A DNA stretch of 63,329 nucleotides, filler included, from Aduncisulcus paluster (Eukaryota), in assembly GCA_024181965.1 (NCBI GenBank). It is 6 parts of 6 records of this genome, joined end to end, with 100 filler letters (N's around TTAATTAATTAA, not from the genome) between each part and the next. Parts side by side here need not be neighbours in the genome. Positions count along the whole stretch, not along the records: positions 30,099 to 53,830 come from BQXS01011030.1; positions 53,931 to 63,329 come from BQXS01011032.1; 4 more parts are not named here. One strand, given 5' to 3'. Under the pieces are notes generated by a model. The model made no database searches. It was not told the DNA's origin and saw only the letters and a list, made by a program, of their open reading frames with translations. The position numbers and the translations under genes were made by a program. Below are positions 47,301 to 59,900 of the stretch, piece after piece (position 1 is the first letter of the stretch; the number at the start of each line of letters is the position of its first letter).

Positions 47301-50180
47301 CAATAATAAGCTTTATCAACGGTACAAATCTCGTATTTATCAAATTTCTTAACAAATTCATACCTTTTTGATACTTCCCTCTGCTTTGAAGAAGTAAATG
47401 TAAATATCAGATAGAATGTAGAGTCTTCTATCATTCTTCGGAGTTGGTTTTGAATATTCACACTCACAAACACACCTTTCAAGGGGCGGGGGGAAGCAAA
47501 AGAGAATGAAATATAAGTGAATAAGCCGTTATTGTTTTCTCCTTTCACCATTTTCTGAGCATTATTTCTCTGATCATAATTTTCATCGCCACGTTCCTTG
47601 GTTTCATTTATGGCTTGGATGTCTATAATGGAATGAAAATCAATTATCTCATCTTTTCTTGATAATGGAGGGCTCGAAAAATTTCCTTTATGAACAAACT
47701 CACATTTGCCAGGGATAATTCGAGTTTTAGAGCTTGGAATGGAAGGATCAGGAGAATCTTTGAATGTTTTTTCTTCTTTTTCTTCCTCTTCTTTTTCTTT
47801 CTCTTCTTCTTCTTCTGCTTCTTCTTCTTCTGCATCTTTTGGTTTGGGTTTGGTTTTTGGTGTATGTTCCAATTCTCGTTTCTCTAGTATTTTTGGAGAT
47901 TCTTCAATGGTTATGGTAGGAAGAGAAGAAGGGAGATCATTAAGAAATACAAGAGATTCTATTGCAAAACATCGACTTTTTTCTTCAAACCACATTCCTT
48001 TTCCAACAATCTCACACAATACAACATTATCTAAATCAATAGGAAGGAAATGCCATTCGCGCAAAAACTTAGGTCTTGAGAATTCATATTTCTTTAGTGT
48101 TTTCTTACCATCACAATCAGTGAAAGTGAAGAGAAGAGAAGGGGAGCTGGCTTTCTTATTCACACAGATAAAAGCACCTTTCATAGGACTAGGAGATGGG
48201 AAAGGGATAGAAAGGTGAGACAAAATAACACTTCCTTTCCCAATCAGCATCCGTTGTGCTCCTGAACTCTTATCATACACAATCGATTCCTTTCTATCGG
48301 GTTCCTCAAAGATTTGACGACTCATTTTCGAATCATCTTTTCCCTTAACCATCGAAAATGAAGGTTTTAGCAGCTTTGGATCATCACGTGGAATTGGAAT
48401 TGCTTCTCGAGCTCCTTCAATGACAAGCTTTGTCTTGAATGCTGAAGCCGCATCCCATTGATTCTCAATAAATTGTCTAGCAAATATTACACTCAAGGTT
48501 TCTCCTTCTTCAACGAAAGCAAGGGAAAGAATAACAAAACACATATCCCCATGCTTCCCTGTTCCTTGGATATCACATTTATCAATATCATATGAGAGAT
48601 CAACAGGCAGTAAAAACCAATTGTTAAGTTGAAATTCAGGAAACTCAAATTTCTTGGACATTTTTTCCTTCTTTGAAGCTGAAAAAGTAAAGATAAGCTG
48701 CGTAGGCCTTGTCTCTCCATTTAGACAGATATAAATACTCTTAATATGTGATCTTCGTTGTGGAAAAGGGATAGAAATGTGAGTAAAAGTCCCAGTATGA
48801 GGTTTTCCGATCACCATTCTTTGTGCATTCAAGCTTTGATCATACAGTTTGTCACTTGGGGCTTTGCTTTGATCCCTGGCAGTTGGTTTGCCAACTCTAA
48901 TCATTGTTAAATCATCTCGAGCGATTGGAATAGAGAAATGCCCACCTTCATGGACAAATACATGATGGAACAGAGGGATTTCATCACTGCTGATAAATAA
49001 AAGGGAATCTATCTGGAAATTACGACTCTTTTTCTCAATCCAAGTCCCTTTCCCTTCAATCTCACACAAATCAACATTGGATTTATCAATAGGAAGGCAG
49101 AACCATCCCCCTTTCCAATGTTTTGGTCTCGGGAATTCATACTTCTTGTATGATTTCACTCCATCAGAATCTGTGAAAGTGAAGAGGAGAAAAGGTGAAC
49201 CGTAATCCTTATCCAAGCGAATATATGCTCTTCCAATCGATTTTGGCGAGGTGAATGGCACTGAAAGCCGGGATAATAACACCACTGTCCCTCCTTTAAG
49301 CATATCTTGAGCAATACGACTGCAACAAAATTTGTCAGAGTCCGTACTCAAGGAATCATCGAAGGCTTCAACTGCCAACAGAAAGGGATTTATGATATAG
49401 GAATCGTCACGGGATATAGGAGTGGAAAACATGTCGTCCTCGGTTCTTATTAGACCTGTACTGACTAGGGAAGATTTCATAATTGGAGCTTCAGACCATA
49501 GTTTCTCATGGGCAGCTTCTTTTGCTTTCCGAGCATCATATTCTTCAGAGGTTTCTTCTTTGATAAATATTAAAGAATTGAGGTGAAATTTCTTCTCTGT
49601 GGTTATCCTTTCTCCTTCAATTTCAATCTCAATTATATCAATGAGATCAACAGGCAAGAAAAACCACACGCTCGTTTCAATTGAAGGAAAATCATATTTT
49701 TTTGCTATTTTTATCGTCTTTTTCTTTTTTAGACAGGTGAACGTGAAGATTAGATTGGATGGAGGTTCAATCACTCCCAAACAGACATAGGCTCCTTTTA
49801 AATTGGGGGAATGTGCAAAAGGGATGGTTATTTTGGTAAAGATCCCAAATTGTAACTCTCCTCTCATCATGCTTGTGGCTTGCTTGGTCTGATCATACCC
49901 AAGAGTACCTGTTTTTTGTGTTTCATTGATAGCCTGGATTCCGGTATCCTGGCGAATTATTGGACAATTATCTCGATAAATTGGGTCCGTAACACAATTT
50001 CTATTGCCCTCATGAACAAATATTGGGGATTCAATATGGGTTTCTATCTAAATTATATACAGAGTAATAATATAAAACATAAATGAACAGTTGATGGAAA
50101 TAAAATTTAAAATTCAACAATTATATGTATTATAGCTAATGAGTTCAACTAAAACATACCTTTTTCGAGAACAAGCCCAT
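44379..50180 (-). CDS. Protein kinase with six N-terminal tandem ~150-aa repeats; complement(join(44379..47028,47171..50047,50160..50180)), ~1740 aa after collapsing a gap duplication
   Basis: Three ORFs are joined in frame by two GTATGT..TAG introns. Kinase motifs: IGSGGFGEV, CILKRM, HRDIKPDN, DLG, GTLCYNSYE. Repeat: FVHEG..PI.RDD..AQ.M.KG..SHLSIPF..KGAYIC..LLFTFT..KKYEF..WxFLPIDL..CEIxG..I.SL.F. Confidence 0.88.
47029..47170 (-). other. Spliceosomal intron (142 nt, phase 0)
   Basis: GAATTG|GTATGT ... T-rich ... tattttAG|CCTACT; keeps the frame into ORF 45850..46959. Confidence 0.85.
50048..50159 (-). other. Spliceosomal intron (112 nt, phase 0) after a 21-nt first exon (MGLFSKK)
   Basis: AAAAAG|GTATGT ... 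ataatttAG|ATAGAA; downstream frame IETHIESPIFVHEG runs into ORF 47129..49870. Confidence 0.85.
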
Positions 50181-50529
50181 AAGTATTTGAAATAAATTAA
50201 TAAATTAATCTATGAAATGAAAAGTTCAATAGGTTGTTGAGAAGTGAATCATTTTCCGTGAAAATAATATGAATTTACAGGAAAAGACGATCAAGAGAAT
50301 AAAACATGGAAGGGATAAGATAATAATAAGATATCGTGAAAATAAAAAACTAAGTGAGATTTTATGATAATATAAAATACATACACGTTGGGAAATTATT
50401 CAGAGCGTTCAAAACATAAATACAGCTCTCACATTTCTTATATCGTGAATAAAATGACTTATGAAATATTAATATAAAAAAAACTAATTAATTGTGAATG
50501 GATTTATTTTAAATAAAAGAAATTCTTTT

Positions 50530-50956
50530 AGAAATTGAAGTCTGTTTGCCATCAATGTCCCCGGTGAGCATGGGCCATAACAATCATTTTGTTCTTGTTG
50601 TCGGTAGCACATATAATATTTTTTGGGTGTTTTCAAAGCAATATAGAACTGGAAAACTGAGTAGAGGGTGACTTCGGCAATCCTAATGAATTAAATCAGA
50701 TACAGACTTTTAATTGATGAAGATGGAATAGAAATATGAGTCAGTCGTCCATTATTCCATTATATTTTCATCATTGCTTGGGGATTTGAACTCTGATTGT
50801 GCAGATTCACAGCTTCTTCTTTAAAAGAAGTTCTTTTGAGAGGATCATTTCCTTCTTTGATTGTTAACTCTGCACTTTCAATATTGTAGGGGATCAAGAG
50901 GAATTGACCAGTAAATTTCAATCTCCTTTCACGATTTGAATTTCAATTTCAGACAT
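50530..50956 (-). pseudogene. Decayed copy of the kinase-associated repeat domain
   Basis: Reads ...SQAMMKI*WNNGRLTHISIPSSSIKSLYLI*... matching AQKMVKGENNNGLFTYISF / THISIPF..IKSIYIC, with in-frame stops. Confidence 0.65.
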
Positions 50957-51425
50957 GTTTCAGAAATTATCAAAAAAAAAATTAGTCGTGGATTAATTCA
51001 TGGATAATATAGTTCAATGGCAAGTAAAAATACAAAAAGGAAATAAATCTTATAAAATGACCGGATTAACTCAAATTGGTGGAAGCAAATTCACACTTAG
51101 GAAGCGATTTGTGTGACATGCATGAAATGCACACGTTATCGTTGAATACATTTGTACAATAAAGAAATAGAAACACTTTAAATCTTTTTTTTCTTCCTGA
51201 TATCATCTCCTCCTTGCTTCTGAATAAGCAGAAAATGAAAAGGTTCCATTTTTTCTGCATTGAAGATATTTCTATCCTTTATCGTATGTAAAAAATATAT
51301 GTTTTAATCGTATAAATAATATTTTATGCATAGCCGATTATATTATCTGATTTCTAACATTTTGTGATAACTGATCATGAAATAGAGCACTAACTAGCTG
51401 GCCTTAAAAGGACTATCACAGCAAA

Positions 51426-53830
51426 ATGTATAAATTTGATTTAAAACCAATTCATGGTGACTATTTTGGTAGTCGAAGTACATCAAGATATTCTTTTGGT
51501 AAAATATTCCCTTCTCCATATCCTGAACATTTTTCATTAGAAAATCTCGTTGTTTTGAGTCAAGAAAATATTTTGCAGTATTTCAAGGATAAACAAATGT
51601 TTTCTAATACTTGTGTTGCAACTCGTGAAAGAGTTTTGGGTGGTATGGAATCATTTGGTGTATCTTTCCAATGTGAGTCCAAATTCCATTTTATTGGGAA
51701 TTATTACACGTCTGTTGAAGATAAAACGTGTTGTTGTACGGAGTCCCAACTCATTTATTCGTATTCAAAGGAGGATGGTTTTGTCAAAGTATCTGAGGAT
51801 TGGCCCAAGATTTGTGGCGACATTATTGGGAAATTATGTGACACTAGGATCCTTATATCGCATTCAAGCGATGTTTTGGCTGTTCCACGGGATGAATTCA
51901 TTGCTGCCAAATTTCCCCTTGTTGTGGATAAATCTAAGTTTTCAGACAGATCCGACTATTACAAACAACTAAATTACATTAATTCACTATCAGGCAAGGT
52001 TGCAGATGGATGGAAAGATTTTTCTATCGCCAAGGGTAATTGTTTCGATTCTGTTGCTCTTGCATCCTCCGATTCCTCCTGTCCTTTCGATCTTTTCGTT
52101 GTTGGAAGTCAGTTGTTCTTCATTCAAGATGGATCAAAACATTCAATCAAACTGAATCTTAGGGTTTCTGGCGAGGATTTGCCCTTGTCTGCCGAACGCT
52201 GTTCCTTGACGATCGTTCCTTGTTCTGAACAAGATACAACTTCTCCTCTGAGAAAGTTGAGTGACTACACTGTTGTTTTGGGCACGGGAGCAAAGTTCTT
52301 TACCTTCTCTCTTCCTGAAAGTCTTGGTGATGGATCTGACGGTGATGCTGTTGTTCTTACTGATGACGAGATTCCTCCTATTCCCATTGACTGTGCAGTC
52401 TTTATTTGCATTAAAGATGTGTCTGTGTTCCCNNNNNNNNNNNNNNNNNNNNGCGAGGATTTGCCCTTGTCTGCCGAACGCTGTTCCTTGACGATCGTTC
52501 CTTGTTCTGAACAAGATACAACTTCTCCTCTGAGAAAGTTGAGTGACTACACTGTTGTTTTGGGCACGGGAGCAAAGTTCTTTACCTTCTCTCTTCCTGA
52601 AAGTCTTGGTGATGGATCTGACGGTGATGCTGTTGTTCTTACTGATGACGAGATTCCTCCTATTCCCATTGACTGTGCAGTCTTTATTTGCATTAAAGAT
52701 GTGTCTGTGTTCCCTTGTCCAATTCCTGGATATATCATCGTTGATGGCAATGTTTCATCTCCGAGCCACGAATATTCTCACTGCCTTGAGAAAGTTGCGA
52801 GTGAGATAAAAAAAGATGTTCCAACGACGTTTATACCGCCGAGTTTGTCTGGAGAATCCGAATCCTCAGATCCAAAGTCTAAAAGTGCTTGTTCAAGAAA
52901 GGGTGCAAGAAAGGGTACAAGAAAGGGTACAAGAAAGGGTTGTGCAAGAAAGGACTCAAAACAAGCCAGTGTTCTTCATTTCATTCGATTGAAGGATTTT
53001 ATGGTTACTCCGATTACAACTATCCTTCCAAACACTCTTTTCCAAACATGTTTTGCACTCGACATGTTGAAGAAAGATGATATCTCGTGTATATTTGCGA
53101 ATGCCGAGACTCGAACCTCTTCTGTTCTTACGATTACTGATTCATGTGATTTGTTTGCTTCCTGTTCACTTCCACTATCCGCGTGTATTCCAGTGATCTC
53201 TCCAGAAGCATTGCCAAGTCAATGGAACCCAGAGTCAGTGGGGATTGAATGGGCTTTCAAACCCTACACACCAGTTGAGAAGACAAGGATCTTTAAAATG
53301 TCAGAGAAGTCTGCTTTCATGAACACTCCTTATCGGATGGCATTGAATCCTAAATACTACAATATTAAATATGGCATCGTTGAATGTGAAGAGGACAAAG
53401 AATCGTATGTTGCTGAATTTGGAAGTGAGAAGGGAGAAGAGAAGGAAGAGGAAAAGGAAGAGGAAAAGGAAAAGGAAGAAGAGAAGGAAGAGAAATCTTC
53501 ACGTGTTCGTGTTGTTCGGCATGTCCCTGTTAACCTTCGATCCCCTGACTTTGTCGAGCTGACATGTTCTGAACTCAAAGATTTCTTGGGTGTTCCTATC
53601 ATCAGCACATCATACGATGGGTCTCTTGAGGAATATTTCATTGGAGGTTACAACGACGATTCAACGTTAAACTTTCTCTGGATAGCAAGCACTGGTGAAG
53701 GGATGAATGCTGGGTCTCGCTCATCCAGTATCAATACAGACCATGATTGGTATGGTATTCCTTGGCCCACTGACGAAGCCATACTCATCCACTCTGAGAA
53801 GGGTTCATTTGAAAGCAAATCACGTGAATT
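51426..53830 (+). CDS. Hypothetical protein, 3' partial (contains a 282-nt in-frame gap duplication)
   Basis: Long ORF, beta-rich appearance, short (A/T)RKG tandem repeat and poly-Glu tract; cut by the linker. Confidence 0.75.
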
Positions 53831-53930
53831 NNNNNNNNNNNNNNNNNNNNNNNNNNNNNNNNNNNNNNNNNNNNTTAATTAATTAANNNNNNNNNNNNNN
53901 NNNNNNNNNNNNNNNNNNNNNNNNNNNNNN

Positions 53931-56900
53931 ATGGAAGAGAAACTCACAAGAACGGATGGGTCAAACAATGAAGTCGTTTCTGCAACATCATCATACAACG
54001 ACACACCATTCATTATCAGCTCCGTCAACGAAACATTGGTAGAGTCGGCAGCAACAAGAAGAGCACTAACATCAATAATGGATGTTTCGGCGAGATTGAG
54101 AGAGCTCAAGGATGTGTACGTATCAGCACACTCGGAAGTGTCGGGAAGAGCAGACACAGAAGTGACAGAAGAGAGGGTCAGAGTGGAGAGTGAGTGAAGG
54201 GAGCAGATGAACGACAGATCAGAAAAGCCTTCAATGTCATTCCCACCAGCATCCTCAGGAGCACCATACATGTTATGGGCAAGGGAAAGGGACTCAAGAC
54301 TATACAGAGAACCCAATGGATCAGCACTCACAAAGTTGTGATATGGCAACGAAATGGATGTAAGAGAGCGAATATGTTCAATTCCATCAAGCAGGGAGAA
54401 TCTATCAGAGTTGGAGAGAGCAAAACCATCGTTGGACAAAGTGGAAGTGGAAATGGTCCGCAACGAAGCAACACTGAATATTTGATCTGTGGCATCACAA
54501 TGTAAGTCAGATCCTTCAAATAGACCATAGATAACATCGTGCAAGTTCTCATCAACGATCACTTGTTGACACTCTCCTGTTGTGAAAGTATCATCACCAA
54601 TCACTTCATCACCAAGATATCTACACTCATAACCATACTCACATCCTCCAGAACAGTTCGTGGTTGGGGATGTTGTTTGCATGCATGTAAAGTCCTTAGC
54701 AGATGTGTATGACGTGTATGAATCACTGGCACATACAACATACCATGAACCAGAGCCAGGTTTTGTTTCACTGCAGACCTTGTTGGAAGCGAGTGGAGTA
54801 GATCCAAGGTCACCAGAGGAACATATACAGTCTTGACCTGTCACATTCACATCTGCAGTAGAAAGAGAAAACTTAGATGCAAGGAAAATTTCAATCTCAG
54901 AATCACCATTATCACCACCACAGATATGATTATATGACAAGTCAATGCTACTCCAAGAACCACTGCTGGACAAAGCATACAATGGGGAAGGATCGGAGAT
55001 ATTATTGTTGTTCAGAGATAGTTCAGTCAGATTGGGCATGCTAGCAACAAGATGGAACAACAGAGAGATTGAAGTGTTGTTGGCACTGAAAGAAGTGAGA
55101 GATGATGGCGATGGGAAAAGATCAGACTCAGTGATATCGAATGATGGATTGTCATTCAAAGAGAGTGTTGTAAGATTTGCAAATGTCGAAAAATCTGTAT
55201 TTGCTGGAATATTGCACCCATTTGCATAAATGATGGAAACAGTTGTTGGAATGGATGCGAAAGAGGATAATGCAGTGTAACTAACATCAAGAGATGTGAA
55301 ATAAGAAGATGATGGGAGATATGTAGAATCTGGAACGTCATAATATGGATTATTTTTAACAGAAAGTGCTGTAAGATACCCAAAGATATTGAACTCACAG
55401 TTAGAATCAAGATAGACAGCCTCAAGAGACAACTCAACGAGGGAGAGAGGAAGGTATCCAAGATCAGTATTCCCAATGGACACAGAACTAGACGAAGTGC
55501 CAGAGATAGACAAAGATGTGAGGTTCACAGCAGATTGAAGACCTTCAAAGGAGTCCACAATGGAAACACTAACAGAAGTCACGGTTGCCATGTCTGAAAG
55601 AGTCAGATCATCACAGGAGGAATCGTGAGCACTTGGATTGACAACAGACAAACACACGGCACTTCGAAGGTTGGAATCGGGAATGTCAACATATTCACAG
55701 GAATCTCCATGGAAGCCAAATGAACACCCACATGAAACAACCGATGAGTTGATATCAAGAATTGGAACAAAGATGTCTTTCATCTCACACACTTGGCAAC
55801 GGATGGAATTTTCAGAGGCAACGGCCTTCACACAAGTATTTGTTTCTTTGTCCAAGTAATACCCATGCCAGCACTCAACTTGGTAATATCCATCAGAACG
55901 TTGACGACAAGTCTTATGGGCAGAAAAGGAGACATCCGCTCCTTCAGAACATCGACACCTCGATTGATTAGACACTGAGAGAGAAGTAAGATTTGTAAAA
56001 TATGATAGTAGATTTGTGGTTACAGAATCAATATCACAGATGGAGTTGCCACTGATGTCAAGAGTTGTGAGAACAGTATCAGTATCATCAGGGAACATGG
56101 ATGATGTGATGAGAACAGACACATCAGAGATGGAGTTGTTTGAGAGATCTAGGGATATCAGTTTGAACTTGTCTGTGCCAGGATCTCCAGAAGCAATGGG
56201 AGTCAAGTCAAGGACATCACTGATAGCACTCAATCCACATCCACTCGCAGATAATATCCTCAGACCAGAATCAATGGTTCCAGACGTCACAGCCTTGGCC
56301 AGGATCTGAACAACCAACTTATCATACTCAGCGTTGGAATTACTATCTCCACTCAAGTCATACCCATCAAGGGTCAGAGAGGTCAGTGAAGTGGCATACT
56401 CAAGACCTTGCAGGGTCGTGATGGAATTCACAGAACTTAAGGAAGCTGCAGAAGCTATGGCTGGAAGTGACAATGACTCATTACTATTAGCATCCAATGG
56501 ACATGTCAAAATACTCCTCATGGTGGCAACACTGATTATTCCAGAGTCAAGATCATTAGTTCCTCCAGGTAAACAATTAGCAACCAAGTACTGACGAATA
56601 TAATCGTCATGAACAGTGTAACATTTACCATCAGAAGACTTGGCAATGAAAGCACATTCTTTGACTGCAGGATCAGCAACACTGTTATACACCTCATTCA
56701 GAACTATTGAAGGACATTGCGTTGGATATGTTTCTGAGTCACATACATAATCATCCACATTGTTCAAAGCACAACTATTTGGAATAAAGAGTTTGAGCTT
56801 GTTTGAGGCTGAGTAATGAATTGGAAAGACAGTCGTTATAAATGTCCAATAATCGGTATCATCTTCTGATCTACAGAGAGGTATAAAGTCAAACTTACTC

Positions 56901-59900
56901 GCAATACCCATATAATACAATCCAACATTCCTAAATGAGACAGATATATCATAGATTTGTTCATTCCCATAAATATACAATCCATAGAATCTGTTCAATG
57001 TAAACAAGGAATTGAAATCATAAATATTGACATTATAGGCAGTTGAATACTGATAAAAATATAAGATTGGAAGTTGTTCAAGGAAAGGAATAGGATAAAC
57101 TGATGTTACATCCGTATTGTCTCCACGGAAATTAGAAATGTTTATCAAATACTGAGCACCTTCAAAGGATGTAATATGGGAACTATATGAGTTAAAAATT
57201 CCACTTATACCAGCCATTTCAAACTCTGTGACATCACACAATGGATCACTATTGCTTATAGCATCACACACTTTACCTCTGAACAACTTATCAGGGATAT
57301 GGACGGAATATAACTGGTCACAATCGTCACCATACCAGGCAGATCGACACCCACATGTGATGGATGAAGCGCCAACCTCAAGAACAGGCATCATATTGGA
57401 ATGTCCTTCACACACTTGACAACGGATAATGTCTGAGTAATCAGTGGCTTCAACACACTCTCTAGTTGATTTGTCGAGATAGTACCCATTCCAGCACTCA
57501 ACGGCCCAGCGATCGGGATACACTTCACGACACACTTGGTGAGCTGCAGAAGACACAGATGCAGAACAATGGCATGTTTGGTCAGAATATGTCAAGGTTG
57601 ATAGGGTTGGGAATTCGGTTTGCAATTGACTCACAATTCCTTCAATGTCACAGATATTATTATCACTGATGTCAAGAGTTGTGAGAACAGCATCAGTATC
57701 ATCAGGGAACATGGAAGATGTGATGAGAACAGATACATCAGAGATGGAGTTGTTTGAGAGATCTAGAGATATCAGTTTGAACTTGTCTGTGGTTGGATCT
57801 CCAGAAGCAATGGGAGTCAAGTCAAGCACATCACCAATGTTACTCAGACCACACTCGCTCGCAGATAAGGATGTGAGACCAAAAACAATAGATTCATTGA
57901 TATCATTTAAATATGAAACACTTTTAGCCAAGATCTGAACAACAATTTGGTCATAAGCAGAAACATCATTATCACCACTCAGATCATACCCATCAAGGGT
58001 CAATGATGTCAAACCAACAGCATTACCATCTGTATCGAGACCTTGAGTATATTCGAGACCCTGTAAGGTTGTGATAACAGATATATCGACATACACATCA
58101 GTAAGGGTTAAGGAAGTACATGTCATATCACTTCTCAGACTGGCAACACTGAGCACACCATTCGACTCAGCAGTCACACTACAGTTCGAAGTCAGATATG
58201 AACGGATCATGTTATCATGAACAGTGTAACACTCACCACTAGAACCAATTTTTGCAATAGAGGAACATTCTTTTTGGACGAGGATGTTATTGTACACTTC
58301 ATTTCGGACAATTGATGGGCAATTTGAATTATTTGAACAATAATATTCAGATGTATCATTGATGGGACAGTCATTTGGAACAACATAAGTTTCAGTATCA
58401 GAATCTGTAATACGGCCAAAAACAGAAGTAATAAATCCGATAAATGTCGAATCATTTTCAGATCGACAATATGCAGTGTATGATAATAAAGATGTATCAG
58501 CGAGTGAAAGTTCTGATAAGGCTATATTTCTATAAAACATGGAAATGTCAAAGAGTAAATATGCCCCTCTGATAGCCAATGAGGATAATCTATGCATATT
58601 CGGGGTTGGATACTCATAAACAGCAAAATCATGAAGAGAAGGGTAATTATTCAGATATAAGAGAGATGTTAGTTGAGGCATGAGAGAGAATTCAAGGGCA
58701 GAAACAGGGGAAATGTTAAACAAAGCAACATCACTAACATTGATCATATAGTGAAGACCTTCAGGAGTTGTGACTGGAGAAAATCCATCAGAGTTAGACA
58801 CTGAACCAGAATATCCAGCTGCTTCAAATTCAGAGAAATCACATAAAGTCAATTCAAACCCAAGATAATAGCACATACCTTTCCTCAACCACGGAGAAGG
58901 AACATGAACTTGATACAAACTCTCACAATCATCGCCATACCAAGCAGAACGACATCCACATGTGATAGCAGAAGCACCCGATTCAAGAATAGGTCTTCTA
59001 TGTGGATCACGTTCGCATACTTGACAACGAATGATATCCCCAGAATTAGTCGCTTTCACGCAAATGTCATTGTCGATATCGTAATAGTACCCATTCCAAC
59101 ACTCCACATCCCAACGACCAGGATATACTTCACGACAAACTTGATGATCTTCTGAAGAGATGGGCATTGTACAATTACAAGTCTGATTATCGTAGGTTAG
59201 TGAGAATATTGTGAAATTATCTTGTAACTGACTCACCATCCCATCAATATCACAGATGAAGTTGCCACTGATGTCAAGAGTTGTGAGAACATCTTCGGGG
59301 AACATGGAAGATGTGATGAGAACAGACACATCAGAGATGGAGTTGTTTGAGAGATCTAGGGATATCAGTTTGAACTTGTCTGTGCCAGGATCTCCAGAAG
59401 CAATGGGAGTCAAGTCAAGGACATCACTGATAGCACTCAATCCACATCCACTCGCAGATAATATCCTCAGACCAGAATCAATGGTTCCAGACGTCACAGC
59501 CTTGGCCAGGATCTGAACAACCAACTTATCATACTCAGCGTTGGAATTACTATCTCCACTCAAGTCATACCCATCAAGGGTCAGAGAGGTCAATGAAGTG
59601 GCATACTCAAGACCTTGCAGGGTCGTGATGGAATTCACAGAACTTAAGGAAGCTGCAGAAGCTATGTCTGGAAGTGACAATGACTCATTACTATTAGTAT
59701 CCAATGGACATGACAAAACACTCCTCATGGTGGCAACACTGATGACACCATTTGATTCAACATTACTACTGGAAAGACAATGATCCTTCAGATATTGTCG
59801 AATTGAATCATCATGAACAGTGTAACACTCACCACTGGTCCCTTCCTTCGCAATGAATGCACATTGTTTCTCGTTCACATCATCCACACTGTTATACACC

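Noticed and set aside
52893-52952. 12-nt tandem repeat encoding ARKG/TRKG
   Set aside because: Simple slippage repeat in a loop; no evidence of function.
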